Below, piece by piece: positions 40,230-52,138 of a stretch of 64,000 nt of DNA (its first letter is position 1; every line of letters begins with the position of its first letter). The stretch is from Nitrospirota bacterium (GTDB lineage Bacteria > Nitrospirota > UBA9217), in contig DASPSR010000022.1 in assembly GCA_035623825.1 (NCBI GenBank), forward strand, positions 128,001 through 192,000. The letters run 5' to 3'. The notes under the pieces were generated by a model, which saw nothing but the letters and a program-made list of their open reading frames with translations, was not told where the DNA came from and did no database searches. The position numbers and the translations under genes were made by a program.

Positions 40230-40724
40230 TTAATGCCTATGTGGCCTCCCTAAATGATACGCACCGATCAGTCCTGACAGGAGAAGCATGGACGCCAGTT
40301 CAACGCCGAGGACATAGGGGCCGAAGAGCGCAATGCCGACCTGCTTGGGGCCAACGGCGCCTGCCGCTGTGGTCCCGGCCCGTTCAGCCACGAACAGATA
40401 GATCAGCTCCGCGGCTAGGACTGCTATCAGGATCGACGGCCCAATCCATATCCCGGGGCTCAGCCATTGGGATTCCTGTTTTGCCGCCTGTGTGCCGAGG
40501 TTCAGCATCATGATCACGAACACGAAGAGAACCATGATTGCGCCCGCGTAAATGATCACCTCGAGGGCTGCCACGAAGGGTGCTCCGAGCGAGAAGAAAA
40601 TGAGCGCCACGGCCATGAGCGAAACGATCAGGTACAGGAGCGCATGTACAGCATTCGTCCTGGTGATGACCATAAGGGTTGAGATTGCGGCCACGACGGA
40701 TGATATGTAAAAGAGAAGATTCAT
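40230..40724 (-). CDS. nuoJ: NADH-quinone oxidoreductase subunit J
   Basis: NAVHALLYL, IIYAGAIMVLFVFVIMML. Confidence 0.93.
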   Translation of the reverse strand: MNLLFYISSVVAAISTLMVITRTNAVHALLYLIVSLMAVALIFFSLGAPFVAALEVIIYAGAIMVLFVFVIMMLNLGTQAAKQESQWLSPGIWIGPSILIAVLAAELIYLFVAERAGTTAAGAVGPKQVGIALFGPYVLGVELASMLLLSGLIGAYHLGRPHRH

Positions 40725-40829
40725 ACGTTGGGGTAGCGTGGATGTCAAGATACGGAATCCACAGCAAATGTCCAGTCCCGAAAATCACATGTTGATGGAC
40801 CATTGGCCTTGATCGTCGCCAATGCTTGG

Positions 40830-41345
40830 TTATGGCAGTAAGCTCTTCAGGTCCGCCGGCTCTTCTTCGTTCTCGGCCTCGCCCTTGCCCTTCCCCCCGA
40901 TAGACAGTCCGGAGACACGATAGAAATTATACTCATGGTACTTCCCCGGCCCGCTGATGAGCAGGTCCTCTTTTTCGTACACCAGATTCTGCCTCCTATA
41001 TTCGCTCATTTCAAAGTCGGTCGTGAGCTGAATGGCATAGGTCGGGCATGCCTCTTCGCAGTACCCGCAGAAGATGCAGCGTGAGAAGTTTATCCTGAAG
41101 AACGCGGGATACCGCCTTCCGTGATCGTCTTCTGTTGCCTGGAGGGAGATGCAGTCCACCGGGCATGCGGCCGCGCAGAGATAACAGGCTACGCACCGCT
41201 CCTCGCCGTCCGGGTCGCGGGAGAGGATGATGCGCCCGCGCCATCTGGGAGGGATGTAAGGCTTCTCCTCCGGGTATAGGATCGTCACCCGCTTGCGGAA
41301 CATGGTCGCAAAGACTGTCAGGATTGCTTTAAGAAGACTGAGCAT
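40830..41345 (-). CDS. nuoI: NADH-quinone oxidoreductase subunit I
   Basis: Two CxxCxxCxxxCP ferredoxin motifs. Confidence 0.95.
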   Translation of the reverse strand: MLSLLKAILTVFATMFRKRVTILYPEEKPYIPPRWRGRIILSRDPDGEERCVACYLCAAACPVDCISLQATEDDHGRRYPAFFRINFSRCIFCGYCEEACPTYAIQLTTDFEMSEYRRQNLVYEKEDLLISGPGKYHEYNFYRVSGLSIGGKGKGEAENEEEPADLKSLLP

Positions 41346-41461
41346 AAGTTAAAGGATATCGAATGAGAAATCCAGCACTCCGGTCGAGAATCCAATGTAA
41401 ATTTGGCACTGGCGCTTTGAAGCTTAATTGATTGCGAGCGCTTCCCTGTGGAAATCTCACT

Positions 41462-42424
41462 TCATTTTCCTCGTGTCAGCACGACCGCGCCGGTCACAAC
41501 CACATTCAGGAGGGCCAGCGGAAGCATTACCTTCCAGCCAAATGACATGAGCTGATCATACCGCGGCCGGGGAAGAGATGCACGGAGGAGCACGAAGAAA
41601 CAGATAAAAGCACAGGTCTTGATCAAAAACCAGGCCAAGGGCGGGAGCAGTGGACCCATCCACCCGCCGAAAAACAGAACCACCGTCAGGGCCGAGATGA
41701 GCGTGATGCCGAGATACTCGCCGACGAAGAACATCCCGAACTTCATTCCCGAATATTCTGAATGATACCCGGCCACGAGCTCACTTTCGGCCTCTGGCAG
41801 ATCAAAGGGCAGGCGGTGTGTTTCGGCGATTCCGGCGATGAAAAAGATCGCAAATCCTATAAACTGCGGGACCACAAACCACCGATCTTTCTGAGCCTCG
41901 ACGATCTCGCGCAGGTTGAAAGAGCCAGCGATCATTACAACACCCATGACGGACAGTCCCATGAACACTTCGTAACTCAGCATTTGCGCCGACGCTCGCA
42001 GACCGCCGAGCAGCGAGTACTTGCTGCTCGAAGCCCATCCCGCTAATGCCACGCTGTACACGCCAAGCGAGGACATTGCCAGGAAGAAGAGAATGCCGAT
42101 GTTCACGTCAACGACCTCTATTCCAGGCGCATAGGGGATGATGGCAAAAGACATGAGAACGACTACGACTATTACTGCCGGAGCAATGATGAAAACGGCT
42201 TTGTCCGCAAAAGGAGGGATCCAGTCTTCCTTGGAAAGGACCTTGATCATGTCGGCAAGAACCTGAAAGATTCCAAAGGGACCGACCCTGTTGGGGCCGT
42301 ACCGGTCCTGCCACAAAGCCAGCAGTCGCCGTTCAAGCCAGATGAGCATTCCCCCGGTAGTCAGCACCACGAAGAGAACGCCGAAGAGGGTCACGAGATG
42401 TAGGACTGTATCCGTCATGGTCAT
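41462..42424 (-). CDS. nuoH: NADH-quinone oxidoreductase subunit H
   Basis: [39 protein letters not shown]. Confidence 0.95.
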   Translation of the reverse strand: MTMTDTVLHLVTLFGVLFVVLTTGGMLIWLERRLLALWQDRYGPNRVGPFGIFQVLADMIKVLSKEDWIPPFADKAVFIIAPAVIVVVVLMSFAIIPYAPGIEVVDVNIGILFFLAMSSLGVYSVALAGWASSSKYSLLGGLRASAQMLSYEVFMGLSVMGVVMIAGSFNLREIVEAQKDRWFVVPQFIGFAIFFIAGIAETHRLPFDLPEAESELVAGYHSEYSGMKFGMFFVGEYLGITLISALTVVLFFGGWMGPLLPPLAWFLIKTCAFICFFVLLRASLPRPRYDQLMSFGWKVMLPLALLNVVVTGAVVLTRGK

Positions 42425-45225
42425 TTCTTTTTTATTGTGGCAAACAGGGGGGTTACATATCCTGATGCCGTGGACAGGTTTGCCCCCAATCCGGCTATGC
42501 CAGCCGGTAATCCTGGCAAAACAAGCATGCGCAGTTCATGTCTGGTCGCGGCCGATGACAACTCCATCATGTCCCCCGCACGTGCCTGAAGCCTTCCCGC
42601 GTCATGGGGGTTAAGGGCGATATAAGGCTTTGGCGCACGCTCCGCGATACCTGGGGAGAGGACGCTCAATTCGTCTGAACCGAATATATGGTAGAGAGGT
42701 ACGACAAGCCACTCGTCTTCTCTTGGTTTGAAGACTTCTGGAACATCGAGGGGGAAAGAGATGGCCGCGCCGGAAATCCCCCCCGTCCCGGACCCGCTCG
42801 GACGGGGGGGACGGTTTTCTGGTCCCTCCTTTGAAAGGAGAGGTGAAGGGAGATCGGCAGGTTCGATCAATCTCTTGCCAGGATCACCGCCGCGGAGACG
42901 GCCGCCAATTTCCTGCTGAAACTTGTTGAGCGACTGGCCCGAGTTCCACCCTGGCGACCAGTAGCGCGAGATGAGCGGCGCGGGCGGTAGCCCGTCATAC
43001 CCTTCCATCGAGAATGAAAGCGGTGAATCCGGGTCTTCCGGCGGTTTTGATTCATGCACGGTGATATTTGCAAGCATGGCAGTACGTCCGCTGTAGCGAT
43101 GGGGCTGGCGGGGGATTTTCATGCCCGCGACGCGATAATCAGCATGCGGGGCGACATCCCGGACGGGCTTAAAGATTGGCAGCGTAGAAGTCATGTCATT
43201 CGTTATGTCATCCAGATTTCGCCATGTTCCTGCTTCCTCACGCCCTGATGCTGTCATTATATCACGAATCCACTTCCAGCTTTCCTGGATGTCAGGATCT
43301 GGCGAAAGGACACGGTAAAAACGCTGTGCACGGCCTTCGCTGTTTACGAACGTGCCGTCAGACTCAGCAAAGGTGCCGGCAGGAAGCGCGACAGCCGCAT
43401 TTGACGAGGTTGGGTTAAGCAGATGGTCAATGGCAATGACGTGCTTAACGCGGCCAAAGAATTCAGTCAAAGCTCTATCCTCTGCCCGGCGAAAGAGGTC
43501 GTTTTCAAGGATGACGACCGCATCAGCCTTGCCGTCCTCCGCGGCTTTGAAAGCGTCGCTCAGGCTCTTGCCGCCCATAAGCGCCAGCCCCATGCTGTTG
43601 CATTCATGGACTGCATAATAAAGTTCTGCGTTTTTCCCTCCGGCGCAAAGAGCCCAGGAGACAGCGGCGGCCGCCAGAACGACCGTCTCGCTCATGCTGC
43701 CGGTGCCGGATACGATTAATGGATGTTTCGCGTTTTTGAGGCTTTCTGCGATAATCGTTGCAAGGGATTGGATATCGTTTGTAAGACCTGAGACCGCCGC
43801 TGCATCCGCGTTCAGCTCATGGGCGACGGCGAAACCGAGACGCGCGATATTGTCCGGCGCGGCACGGTATGTCCTGACCGCGATGTCGTCGAGTTTTGTG
43901 GGCTCGCACGATGCAACGTAGAAGGGGTTCTTTTCTTCCTGGACAGCGTTCCGGACCGCATGATCGTCCCAAAGGGGGATTTTCATCTTTGCTGCAAACT
44001 CGTGGGCTTTCCGCTGCGCCGATTGCCGGAGCGCAAGTGCCAGCATGGGGGCGGTGTTCGTCACATCTTCACCGAGCACGAGCACGGCGTCGGCCGTCTC
44101 AACGTCTTTAAGAGACGGCGTGCGCGCGGGGCCTTTCCGGAGGATGTCGACAATGAGGGACAGGAGTTTTTGCTCCTGCGGCGATATCCCTGAATGGAAG
44201 TGCTCGGGACCGACAAGCGAACGCAGAGCGTAGTTCGATTCTAGCGAAGCGCGCGGCGAGCCTATGCCGATCACACTTTTACTCCTCGCCAGGATGTCGC
44301 TGACGTTTCTGAGGGATGTTTCTTTGCTTGTCGGCCGGAGCTGCCGTTCCCCGTCCGCCGTGATGAGCGGCCTGCGGATGCGATTGCCGCTGTTCACGAA
44401 CTCGTATCCGTATCTGCCGCGGTCGCAGAGGAAGTATCCATTCACATCGCCGTTGTATCGGTTCAGTATCCTGCGCAGAGTGCCGTACCGCTCACCGGGG
44501 ATGGTGTTGCATCCGACCCCGCAGTGTGCGCAGACAGACGGCGCTGTCTGGAGGTCCCATTTTCTCGCGTAATGGCGCTTCAACGACTTGTCCGTGAAGA
44601 CTCCGGTAGGACAGATCTCAACGAGGTTGCCGCTGAACTCGCTCTCGAGCGCGCCGTTCTCATGACGGCCGAAAAACACGTGGTCGTGGCACGCGAAGAC
44701 ATCGAAGTCCCGTCCGCCGGCGTAATCGCGGTAGAAACGCACGCAGCGGTAGCACTGGATACAGCGGTTCATCTCATGATTGATGAAAGGTCCGAGATCC
44801 TGGTTACGGTGGGTGCGCTTCTTGAACCGCGTTCTGCGATACGCGTGGCCGGTCATGACCGTCATATCCTGGAGATGGCACTCGCCGCCTTCGTCGCAGA
44901 CCGGGCAGTCGTGCGGATGGTTCAGCATGAGCCACTCGATCACGCTCGCCCGGAAGGTCATGGCCTCGGGGTCGTTCACAGAGAGGCGCATGCCCTCGCC
45001 CACCGGAGTCATGCAGGACATCACGATCCTGCCGCGAATGTCGTTCTCGTCCTTGAACAACTTGACCGCGCACTGCCTGCAGGCGCCAACGGAGTGCATG
45101 GCCGGATGCCAGCAGAAGTAGGGGAGGTCGAACCCCAGGGACAGGCAGGCCTGCAGAAGGTTCTGCCCGTCCTCGACCTGGTATGGTTTGTTGTCTATGA
45201 AGATCGTAAGCATTCTTAAGCTCAT
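42421..45225 (-). CDS. nuoG: NADH-quinone oxidoreductase subunit G (long, N7-containing type) with a palindromic insertion
   Basis: PYFCWHP...[39 protein letters not shown]...C; start may be 45213. Confidence 0.95.
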   Translation of the reverse strand: MSLRMLTIFIDNKPYQVEDGQNLLQACLSLGFDLPYFCWHPAMHSVGACRQCAVKLFKDENDIRGRIVMSCMTPVGEGMRLSVNDPEAMTFRASVIEWLMLNHPHDCPVCDEGGECHLQDMTVMTGHAYRRTRFKKRTHRNQDLGPFINHEMNRCIQCYRCVRFYRDYAGGRDFDVFACHDHVFFGRHENGALESEFSGNLVEICPTGVFTDKSLKRHYARKWDLQTAPSVCAHCGVGCNTIPGERYGTLRRILNRYNGDVNGYFLCDRGRYGYEFVNSGNRIRRPLITADGERQLRPTSKETSLRNVSDILARSKSVIGIGSPRASLESNYALRSLVGPEHFHSGISPQEQKLLSLIVDILRKGPARTPSLKDVETADAVLVLGEDVTNTAPMLALALRQSAQRKAHEFAAKMKIPLWDDHAVRNAVQEEKNPFYVASCEPTKLDDIAVRTYRAAPDNIARLGFAVAHELNADAAAVSGLTNDIQSLATIIAESLKNAKHPLIVSGTGSMSETVVLAAAAVSWALCAGGKNAELYYAVHECNSMGLALMGGKSLSDAFKAAEDGKADAVVILENDLFRRAEDRALTEFFGRVKHVIAIDHLLNPTSSNAAVALPAGTFAESDGTFVNSEGRAQRFYRVLSPDPDIQESWKWIRDIMTASGREEAGTWRNLDDITNDMTSTLPIFKPVRDVAPHADYRVAGMKIPRQPHRYSGRTAMLANITVHESKPPEDPDSPLSFSMEGYDGLPPAPLISRYWSPGWNSGQSLNKFQQEIGGRLRGGDPGKRLIEPADLPSPLLSKEGPENRPPRPSGSGTGGISGAAISFPLDVPEVFKPREDEWLVVPLYHIFGSDELSVLSPGIAERAPKPYIALNPHDAGRLQARAGDMMELSSAATRHELRMLVLPGLPAGIAGLGANLSTASGYVTPLFATIKKK
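42777..42852. repeat. In-frame palindromic DNA element inside nuoG
   Basis: Perfect 12-bp IR TCCCCCCCGTCC/GGACGGGGGGGA (11-nt loop) plus CTCCTT-TGA-AAGGAG hairpin. Confidence 0.7.
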
Positions 45226-45273
45226 GTAAGGCAGAACAACGCTATAAGGCTGGATGCCGATCCAGTACTCCCG

Positions 45274-46551
45274 CTAAAGGTTCTCCCAGGGGCATCGCTT
45301 CTCGATTATGTGCCTTTCAAAATCCTCTCTGAAATATCTGATCGCGCTCTGGAGCGGTTCGACCGCACCGGGAGCCAAAGCGCAATAGGTGTTGCCGGGC
45401 CCGAGTAGGCTGCACTGCTGGACCAGAATATCGATGTCCGCCGATTCGCCCTGACCATTCTCGATTGCCCAGAGCACCTTCTCGACCCACGGCAGCCCCT
45501 CACGGCAGGGCGTGCACCATCCGCAGGACTCCCGAGCAAAGAATTTGATGAGGTTATGAACAAATCCGACCGGACACGTCTTATTGTCGAGCACGATCAT
45601 CGTGCCCGTACCGAGGCGGCTCCCAGCCTTCATCACGGAATCAAAGTCCATCTTCACATCAAGATGCTGGACAACGAGGAAATCGGTGGATGCCCCGCCG
45701 GGGATCACGCCGCGGAACCGATAGCCTTCCTGCATTCCGCCTGCGTGCTCTTCAAGGATCTCCCGTACCGTCACGCCCATGGGCAGTTCCCACAACCCGG
45801 GCCTTTTCACCTTGCCGCTTACGCCATACAGCTTGGTACCGGTGTCGGTGCTTTTGCTCAGTCCTTTGAACCATTCAGCACCGTTGTTCACGATATGCGG
45901 AATGTTCGCGATGGTCTCGACATTGTTCACGATCGTGGGTTTGCCAAAGAAGCCGCAAATCTGGGGGAAAGGCGGCTTCGCGCGCGGCGTGGCGCGCTTC
46001 CCCTCGAGAGCGTTCAGGAGGGCCGTCTCCTCCCCGCAGATGTAACGGCCTGCGCTCACGTGGATACGGAGGTCAAGATTGTACCCCGAGCCGAGGATGT
46101 TTTTACCGAGATAATTATTTTGATACGCCTCGGCGATCGATCGATTTAACAGTCTGGCTGCGGGCCTGTATGCCCAGCGGACAAATATGTACGCCTGCTC
46201 TGCTTCGATAGCGTAGGCGCTAATGATCGCACCTTCGATGATCTGATGCGGGGAGCCTTCGAGCAGAAGACGGTCTTTGAATGTGCCGGGCTCCATCTCA
46301 TCGGCGTTCACGATCAGGTATTTGGGACGATGGACTTCGGGACCCATCGGAACGAAGCTCCACTTCGTGCCCGTCGGGAAACCCGCACCTCCGCGGCCGC
46401 GAAGGTTGGATGATTTCACGATGCCCTGCACGTCCTGAGGTGACATCGCAAGCGCTTTGCGCAGACCCCGATAGCCTCCGGCATTCTCATACTCCCTGCA
46501 TGAGAGGGGCGCCTGGCCGGGAACTATGTCTATCGTGAGTGGGCGTTCCAT
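45274..46551 (-). CDS. nuoF: NADH-quinone oxidoreductase subunit F
   Basis: LRGRGGAGFPTG, NADEMEPGTFKD, YICGEETAL, ESCGWCTPCREG. Confidence 0.95.
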   Translation of the reverse strand: MERPLTIDIVPGQAPLSCREYENAGGYRGLRKALAMSPQDVQGIVKSSNLRGRGGAGFPTGTKWSFVPMGPEVHRPKYLIVNADEMEPGTFKDRLLLEGSPHQIIEGAIISAYAIEAEQAYIFVRWAYRPAARLLNRSIAEAYQNNYLGKNILGSGYNLDLRIHVSAGRYICGEETALLNALEGKRATPRAKPPFPQICGFFGKPTIVNNVETIANIPHIVNNGAEWFKGLSKSTDTGTKLYGVSGKVKRPGLWELPMGVTVREILEEHAGGMQEGYRFRGVIPGGASTDFLVVQHLDVKMDFDSVMKAGSRLGTGTMIVLDNKTCPVGFVHNLIKFFARESCGWCTPCREGLPWVEKVLWAIENGQGESADIDILVQQCSLLGPGNTYCALAPGAVEPLQSAIRYFREDFERHIIEKRCPWENL

Positions 46552-46767
46552 AAGATCTTTTTGACAGGATTTCAGGATGGGCCCTGCGGTGCCTCGGCAA
46601 GACCCACGCTGTCATTCTGGGCCTGCTTGAGCCTTCCTTGTACCTGACACGGAATAATCCAGTGACCTGGCGGAAAGACGCCGCATCCCCCTCGATGCAG
46701 GGATGGCGGAATGCGACATTTTACTGCTTTGAGATGCTCATTACGTCCGTCCAGTCGTACCGTCATA

Positions 46768-47232
46768 TTATTCGTATTTCCCAAGTAATTCATCCATCGA
46801 TTCCGGCGTCACCGGTCCGTACAGGTCCTCATCCACCATTATGGCAGGCGCCCGGTCGCATGCGCCGAGGCACGATATGGGGAGCAGGGTGAATCGCTTG
46901 TCAGCCGTGGTCTCGCCGAAGGTGACGCCCAGTTTCTTCTTGAGAACATCGATAAGGGGATTGCATCCCGTGATCCAGCAGCTGATGCTGTCGCAGACGA
47001 GTATGACATGGCGTCCCACGGGCTTCCGGAAGATGAAGCTGTAGAAGGTGGCGACGGCGTCGAGTTCGTCGGGCGTCATGCTGAGCATTTCGGCAACGTC
47101 CTTTACAGCCTCGTCAGGCACCCAGCCGCGATGGCGTTGGACAATGTTCAGCGCTTCGACGGATGCGGACGCCTTTATCGTGCAGTGCGCCAACTCGGCG
47201 TCGATTTCCTGTATTTCTTTTTCGTTTAACAA
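46768..47232 (-). CDS. nuoE: NADH-quinone oxidoreductase subunit E
   Basis: VATFY, CDSISC, CLGAC; TTG start. Confidence 0.93.
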   Translation of the reverse strand: MLNEKEIQEIDAELAHCTIKASASVEALNIVQRHRGWVPDEAVKDVAEMLSMTPDELDAVATFYSFIFRKPVGRHVILVCDSISCWITGCNPLIDVLKKKLGVTFGETTADKRFTLLPISCLGACDRAPAIMVDEDLYGPVTPESMDELLGKYE

Positions 47233-47332
47233 AAAAGACCTCAGATGGTTGCAGCTAAATCACAAAATACGAGTGCCGATTCAGTCCCGTGTTTTCTTTG
47301 ACGTCTTTTCGTCCTCGCGATGCATGCCGGGT

Positions 47333-49081
47333 TTATCTGTCCAGGTCCGCCAGGATAAAATCAATGCTCCCGAGTATGGCCAAAAGGTCAGCGATCATCA
47401 GACCTCTTGAAATATGGGGCACCATCTGCAAATGCGCGAACGAAGGGGTCCTGATGCGTGTACGGTATGATGAAGTACTGCCGTCGCTGATCAGATAGTA
47501 TCCATTATTGCCCTTGGTCGCTTCTATGCCGAAGAACGCCTCTCCGGCAGGGATCACCGGCCCCCAGCTTACGCTCAGGAAATGGTTGATCAGCGTTTCA
47601 ATGTCATGCATGGTACGTTCCTTGAGCGGCGGCGTTGACAGCGTGTGGACAGACTTGTAAGGGCCTGCCGGCATGTTGTTCACGCACTGTTCAATGATGC
47701 GGAGGCTCTGGCGCATCTCTTCTACACGGACAACGCCGCGGTCGTAGCTGTCGCCGTGAACTGCCGTGGGTATATCGAACTCGAAGTTGTCATAGCCCGA
47801 GTAAGGTCGTTTCTTTCGGAAGTCCCATTCGAATCCGCAGGCCCGCAGGCCCGGTCCGGTCACGCCCCAGTCGATGGCTTCATCGAGAGTGTATGCTCCC
47901 ACACCTTGGGTGCGCCCCTTGAAGATGCGGTTCCGCATCACGATGGAGTCGTATTCCTTGAGCCTAGGAGGCAGGTAATCAAGAAAACTTTTTATAAGGC
48001 CGTCCCATCCCGCGGGCAGGTCCTGCGCTACGCCGCCGATCCGGAACCATTCGGGATGCATCCGGCCTCCGCAGACGGCTTCGATGATGCCGAAAACGCG
48101 TTCGCGGTCGGTGAACATATAGAAGACGGGGGAAAGCGAGCCAACGTCCTGGGCGAATGTGCCGTACCACACGAGATGGCTGGCAATGCGGAAGAGTTCC
48201 GCCAGCATCACGCGGATCGTCTGTGCTCGCTCAGGCACCTCGATGCCCGCAAGCTTCTCAACGGCAAGGCAGTAGGCTAGATTGTTCATCACACCGCCTA
48301 AGTAGTCTACACGGTCGGTGTACGGAATATATGTGTGCCAGGACTGGCGTTCGGCCATCTTCTCGGCGCCTCGGTGATGGTAGCCGATGTCGAGCACAGC
48401 GTCGGCGATTTCCTCACCGTCGAGCTGGAGGATGAACCGGATGAGCCCGTGTGTCCCGGGGTGCTGAGGACCGAGGTTCAGGAACATGAAATCTGTGTCC
48501 GCGGTTTTGCGCTTCATGCCCCAATCCTCAGGCCTGAACTGGAGCGCCGTCTGCTCAGCTTCTTCTTTTTCGTCAGGCAGGCGGAACGGCCCCATCTCTG
48601 TGGCGCGCGCAGGGTGGTCCTTGCGCAGGGGGTGACCTTTCCAGGTCGGAGGCATCAGGATCCTCTTCAGGTTCATGTGGCCGTCAAATTTCACGCCGAA
48701 CATGTCCCATGCCTCGCGCTCGTACCAGTCTGCGGATTTCCAGAGGGCGGTTATCGTGGGGAGGGATGGGGATTCACCTTTGAGCGGGACTTTGATCCTT
48801 ATGTCCTCGTTCCGTTCATAGGAAAGAAGATGATAGACGATTGTGAAGTCGCTCTCGGGCTGGCCTTGCCTATGCGTGCGCACACGCTCATCGATGGCCG
48901 TCATGTCGTACAGCGTGCGATAGGGATGAGGTGCCCCGGTCTTGAGATGCCTGAGGATGTCGAGCATCTTGTCCCGATTCACCCAGAGCGTGGGGATCTC
49001 GTCACGAGTGGCCTGAACAGCGAGCACGGCCTCGCCGAAGGTTTTCTTGAGATCGTCGATTATCGTGCCGGTTGAGGTCAT
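47333..49081 (-). CDS. nuoCD: NADH-quinone oxidoreductase fused subunit C/D
   Basis: [11 protein letters not shown]...GHPLRKD (C) followed by [25 protein letters not shown] (D). Confidence 0.95.
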   Translation of the reverse strand: MTSTGTIIDDLKKTFGEAVLAVQATRDEIPTLWVNRDKMLDILRHLKTGAPHPYRTLYDMTAIDERVRTHRQGQPESDFTIVYHLLSYERNEDIRIKVPLKGESPSLPTITALWKSADWYEREAWDMFGVKFDGHMNLKRILMPPTWKGHPLRKDHPARATEMGPFRLPDEKEEAEQTALQFRPEDWGMKRKTADTDFMFLNLGPQHPGTHGLIRFILQLDGEEIADAVLDIGYHHRGAEKMAERQSWHTYIPYTDRVDYLGGVMNNLAYCLAVEKLAGIEVPERAQTIRVMLAELFRIASHLVWYGTFAQDVGSLSPVFYMFTDRERVFGIIEAVCGGRMHPEWFRIGGVAQDLPAGWDGLIKSFLDYLPPRLKEYDSIVMRNRIFKGRTQGVGAYTLDEAIDWGVTGPGLRACGFEWDFRKKRPYSGYDNFEFDIPTAVHGDSYDRGVVRVEEMRQSLRIIEQCVNNMPAGPYKSVHTLSTPPLKERTMHDIETLINHFLSVSWGPVIPAGEAFFGIEATKGNNGYYLISDGSTSSYRTRIRTPSFAHLQMVPHISRGLMIADLLAILGSIDFILADLDR

Positions 49082-49209
49082 AGAGTCGGTGAATATCAGA
49101 TGTCAAGGTCAAAATTCCCGTACATGTCGCAAATGAATATTAGGGAAGATGGCGTTGCCGGGTTCATGCTTGATATGAATCGCGGTTATTGAACTTTGAA
49201 CGTATCACG

Positions 49210-49824
49210 TCACACTTCATTCGGCGGACGCAGGATCGTCGCCTTTTGACGTTCTCCGCGTTTCAGGTCCCGCATACACGGCGCCTCCGGCCGTGCCACC
49301 CCTTGGGGGCCTGCGACCCAGCTCAAGGGCCGCCGCTCCTTGCCGACCAAATCGCGCAGCATGAGGAGCCCCTCCATGAATGCATCGGGGCGGGGAGGGC
49401 AGCCGGGGACATAGACATCAACTGGGAGGAACTTGTCAACGCCCTGGACCACGCTGTAGATGTCGTACATGCCGCCGGAGTTGGCGCACGAACCCATCGA
49501 GATGACCCAGCGCGGCTCCATCATCTGCTCGTAGAGCCGCTTGATGACCGGGGCCATCTTGATAAACACCGTGCCGGCGATGACCATCATGTCCGCTTCT
49601 CGCGGAGTGCCGCGTATTACTTCGGCGCCGAAACGGGCGATGTCGTACTTGCTTGTGAGGCTCGTCGCCATTTCCACATAGCAGCAGGAGAGCCCGAAAT
49701 TAAAGGGCCAGATGGAATTCTTTCTGCCCCACGCCAGGACGTCCTGGAGCCGCGTCAGAATGAGGCTTTTACGAACGACGTCCTCTACTGAATCGTAGCC
49801 CGTTCTGGTAAGAGAATAGTCCAT
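49210..49824 (-). CDS. nuoB: NADH-quinone oxidoreductase subunit B
   Basis: [26 protein letters not shown]; the MDYSLTR start resembles E. coli MDYTLTR. Confidence 0.95.
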   Translation of the reverse strand: MDYSLTRTGYDSVEDVVRKSLILTRLQDVLAWGRKNSIWPFNFGLSCCYVEMATSLTSKYDIARFGAEVIRGTPREADMMVIAGTVFIKMAPVIKRLYEQMMEPRWVISMGSCANSGGMYDIYSVVQGVDKFLPVDVYVPGCPPRPDAFMEGLLMLRDLVGKERRPLSWVAGPQGVARPEAPCMRDLKRGERQKATILRPPNEV

Positions 49825-49886
49825 AGCAATCAACGTACAGGGTTCAAACCGTTTCTCTATGGCAGATATCACCGACATGCCGAGTC

Positions 49887-50288
49887 TTAAGTACTGATTT
49901 TTTTTCTAACCAAGCCTGCCCATTCCAGGGCGCCAAGCCGCCATAGGTAGACCAGCGCCGCTGCCAGAATGCCGATGAAGAGCATCATTTCCGCATAACC
50001 CGTCCAGCCCGTTTCGCGGACTGAGACGGCCCAGGCGAAGATGAAGACAGCCTCCAGATCGAAGATGACGAAAAACATGGCGATGAGGTAGAATTTGACG
50101 TCAAACCGCACCCGTGCTGTGCCCGTGGACACGATACCAGACTCATAGGGTTCGGCTGTCTGTCTTTCCCGGTGTCGCTCCCCCAAGACGTAGGACAGCG
50201 TTATCATGACCGTCACGATGATGATGACAGCGGCGAAGTACATGGCCATGGGCCAGAGCGCCGCGTTCGCTGTTGTATGATCCACCAT
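49887..50288 (-). CDS. nuoA: NADH-quinone oxidoreductase subunit A
   Basis: [25 protein letters not shown]. Confidence 0.95.
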   Translation of the reverse strand: MVDHTTANAALWPMAMYFAAVIIIVTVMITLSYVLGERHRERQTAEPYESGIVSTGTARVRFDVKFYLIAMFFVIFDLEAVFIFAWAVSVRETGWTGYAEMMLFIGILAAALVYLWRLGALEWAGLVRKKIST

Positions 50289-50322
50289 GGTAAAAGAATA
50301 TCACAGAGGACTGGAAAGTCAA
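50289..50322 (-). promoter_or_regulatory. nuo promoter, probable leaderless start at nuoA
   Basis: TTGACT-16-(TGn)TATTCT then 6 nt to ATG; no SD. Confidence 0.6.
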
Positions 50323-50467
50323 GCGGTTGTAATATTTCCGGAATTGTTTATTGACAAAAAAGGCGAACGCTGATAGTCTACGGTAAATTATTTACGGGAT
50401 CGACTGCGGCGGCAAGGAGCCTTCGCCGTGTGGCGCTGATCCTGTCGGAAACTCGAAAGGAGATACC

Positions 50468-51154
50468 ATGAAATTAATGTTAGGGGTGGCACTGTGCGCA
50501 GTGCTCACAACAGCCCCGGTCGTTGCGGCGGAAAATGAGGAATTGAAGACGCAGAAGGATAAGATCAGCTATGTCGTCGGTCTGGATATGGGAACCAGCT
50601 TGAAGAAGAACATGATCGACGTGGATCCTGACATCGTCGCACGGGGGCTCAAGGACGCACTAGCCGGGAATAAGCCCCTCATGACCGAACAGGAAATGAA
50701 GGAGACCATTGCCGCTTTGCAGAAGGAGTTCCAGTCCAAACAGCAAGAGCTGTCAAAGGCACTCGCGGAAAAGAACAAGAAAGAAGGGGAGGCCTTCCTT
50801 GCGGAGAACAAGAAAAAGCAGGGTGTGATAACCATGCCGAGCGGTTTACAGTACAAGATACTCGCCGGCGGGAAGGGAAAATCTCCCAAAGCAACGGATA
50901 TCGTGACCGTTAATTACAAGGGCACGTTGATCGACGGGACCGAGTTTGACAACTCATACAAACGCGGTAAGCCGGAGACGCTCGCCGTGAACGGGGTTAT
51001 TCCCGGGTGGACCGAGGCGTTACAGCTGATGAAGGAAGGCTCAAAGTGGCAGCTGTTCATCCCTTCGAATCTCGCATATGGAGAGCGGGGGGGAGGCCCC
51101 ATCGGGCCGAACTCGGTCTTGATCTTTGAAGTAGAGTTGATCTCCATTAAGTAG
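50468..51154 (+). CDS. FKBP-type peptidyl-prolyl isomerase (Mip/FkpA family), exported
   Basis: Signal peptide, KISY..G, SGLQY, GTEFDNS, VIPGWTEAL, LAYG; TTGACA-17-TAGTCT promoter at 50351. Confidence 0.93.
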   Translation: MKLMLGVALCAVLTTAPVVAAENEELKTQKDKISYVVGLDMGTSLKKNMIDVDPDIVARGLKDALAGNKPLMTEQEMKETIAALQKEFQSKQQELSKALAEKNKKEGEAFLAENKKKQGVITMPSGLQYKILAGGKGKSPKATDIVTVNYKGTLIDGTEFDNSYKRGKPETLAVNGVIPGWTEALQLMKEGSKWQLFIPSNLAYGERGGGPIGPNSVLIFEVELISIK

Positions 51155-51166
51155 TCACATGCGGAA

Positions 51167-51197
51167 GGCCGGTCTTTGCAGACCGGCCGTTTTATTA
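51167..51197 (+). terminator. Rho-independent terminator
   Basis: GGCCGGTCT-TTGC-AGACCGGCC + GTTTTATT. Confidence 0.75.
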
Positions 51198-51337
51198 TCA
51201 CAAGTGAGAGTGGCTGCATATACTCGTCATGCTCTCGCCGGTCCTCGCCCCGTCCACCTTCAGGAGCGGGCAGAGACGGCGCAACGCCGTTTCTCGGCCT
51301 CCGTTCTGCTGCCTGGGCGCTCCGTCTGAAGCTCTTA

Positions 51338-52138
51338 TCATTTGCCGCCAATCCCGTCTGATGATTCCCATTCCTCTAGCTTCCCTCTGATGAATCGTAT
51401 GATTTCGTTATGCTCTTCGGCGCCTCGGTCTCTGACCATGAGCGGTTTTCCGAACGCAAAGTGTACTCGCTTCGAAGGAACGATCCTGCCGTAATCTTTC
51501 AGGTACTTCCCGTTGCCCCAGGCATCGGTCTTAAGCGCTATTGGGACCACGGGCACCTCGGCTTTTTTGGCGAGTTTTATTCCGATTGTGTTGAAGGCTT
51601 CGGGGTCAAAGGCCAGCGTGCGCGTGGTCTGGGGGAAAATGATGATTGATCTCCCCGCTTTCAGGCGCTCAGTCCCTCCCTCTAGGACCGCTTTCAGGTC
51701 TTCACGGGGGTTTTCCCGGCGGACGGTGACAGGGTCCCGTGAGCGCATAACATGCCTGAAAATCGGGTATTCGACAAGACTTTGCTTGACCACGAAGGTT
51801 GTGTCTTTAAGAGGAGCTATTATGGCCGGGAGCACGAATGTTTCGAGCGTGCTCATGTGGTTTGCGATGAACACGCAAGGCCCGTTGAACGATGTAATGG
51901 AATCGATGCCCGCTATCTCTAGGTCAACCCCTACGTGTTCGAGGGCTCGAACGATGGCCAAGCTGCTTTTGCACCATTCGGCAGTGTCATAATGCCTTCT
52001 TTTTGCCTTGACGCTCCCCCGAAAAACGATTATGAAGGCATGATAGTAGAAGATGAGCGACGGGCATAGTTTCGCCGGCAGGGAAATGCCGGCATGGGCC
52101 GTCCTGTACGCGTTGTTTTCATACTGAATCCATTCCAT
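51338..52138 (-). CDS. Lysophospholipid acyltransferase (PlsC-like)
   Basis: NHMSTLE (HX4D/E), IIIFPQTTR, VPVVP motifs. Confidence 0.85.
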   Translation of the reverse strand: MEWIQYENNAYRTAHAGISLPAKLCPSLIFYYHAFIIVFRGSVKAKRRHYDTAEWCKSSLAIVRALEHVGVDLEIAGIDSITSFNGPCVFIANHMSTLETFVLPAIIAPLKDTTFVVKQSLVEYPIFRHVMRSRDPVTVRRENPREDLKAVLEGGTERLKAGRSIIIFPQTTRTLAFDPEAFNTIGIKLAKKAEVPVVPIALKTDAWGNGKYLKDYGRIVPSKRVHFAFGKPLMVRDRGAEEHNEIIRFIRGKLEEWESSDGIGGK

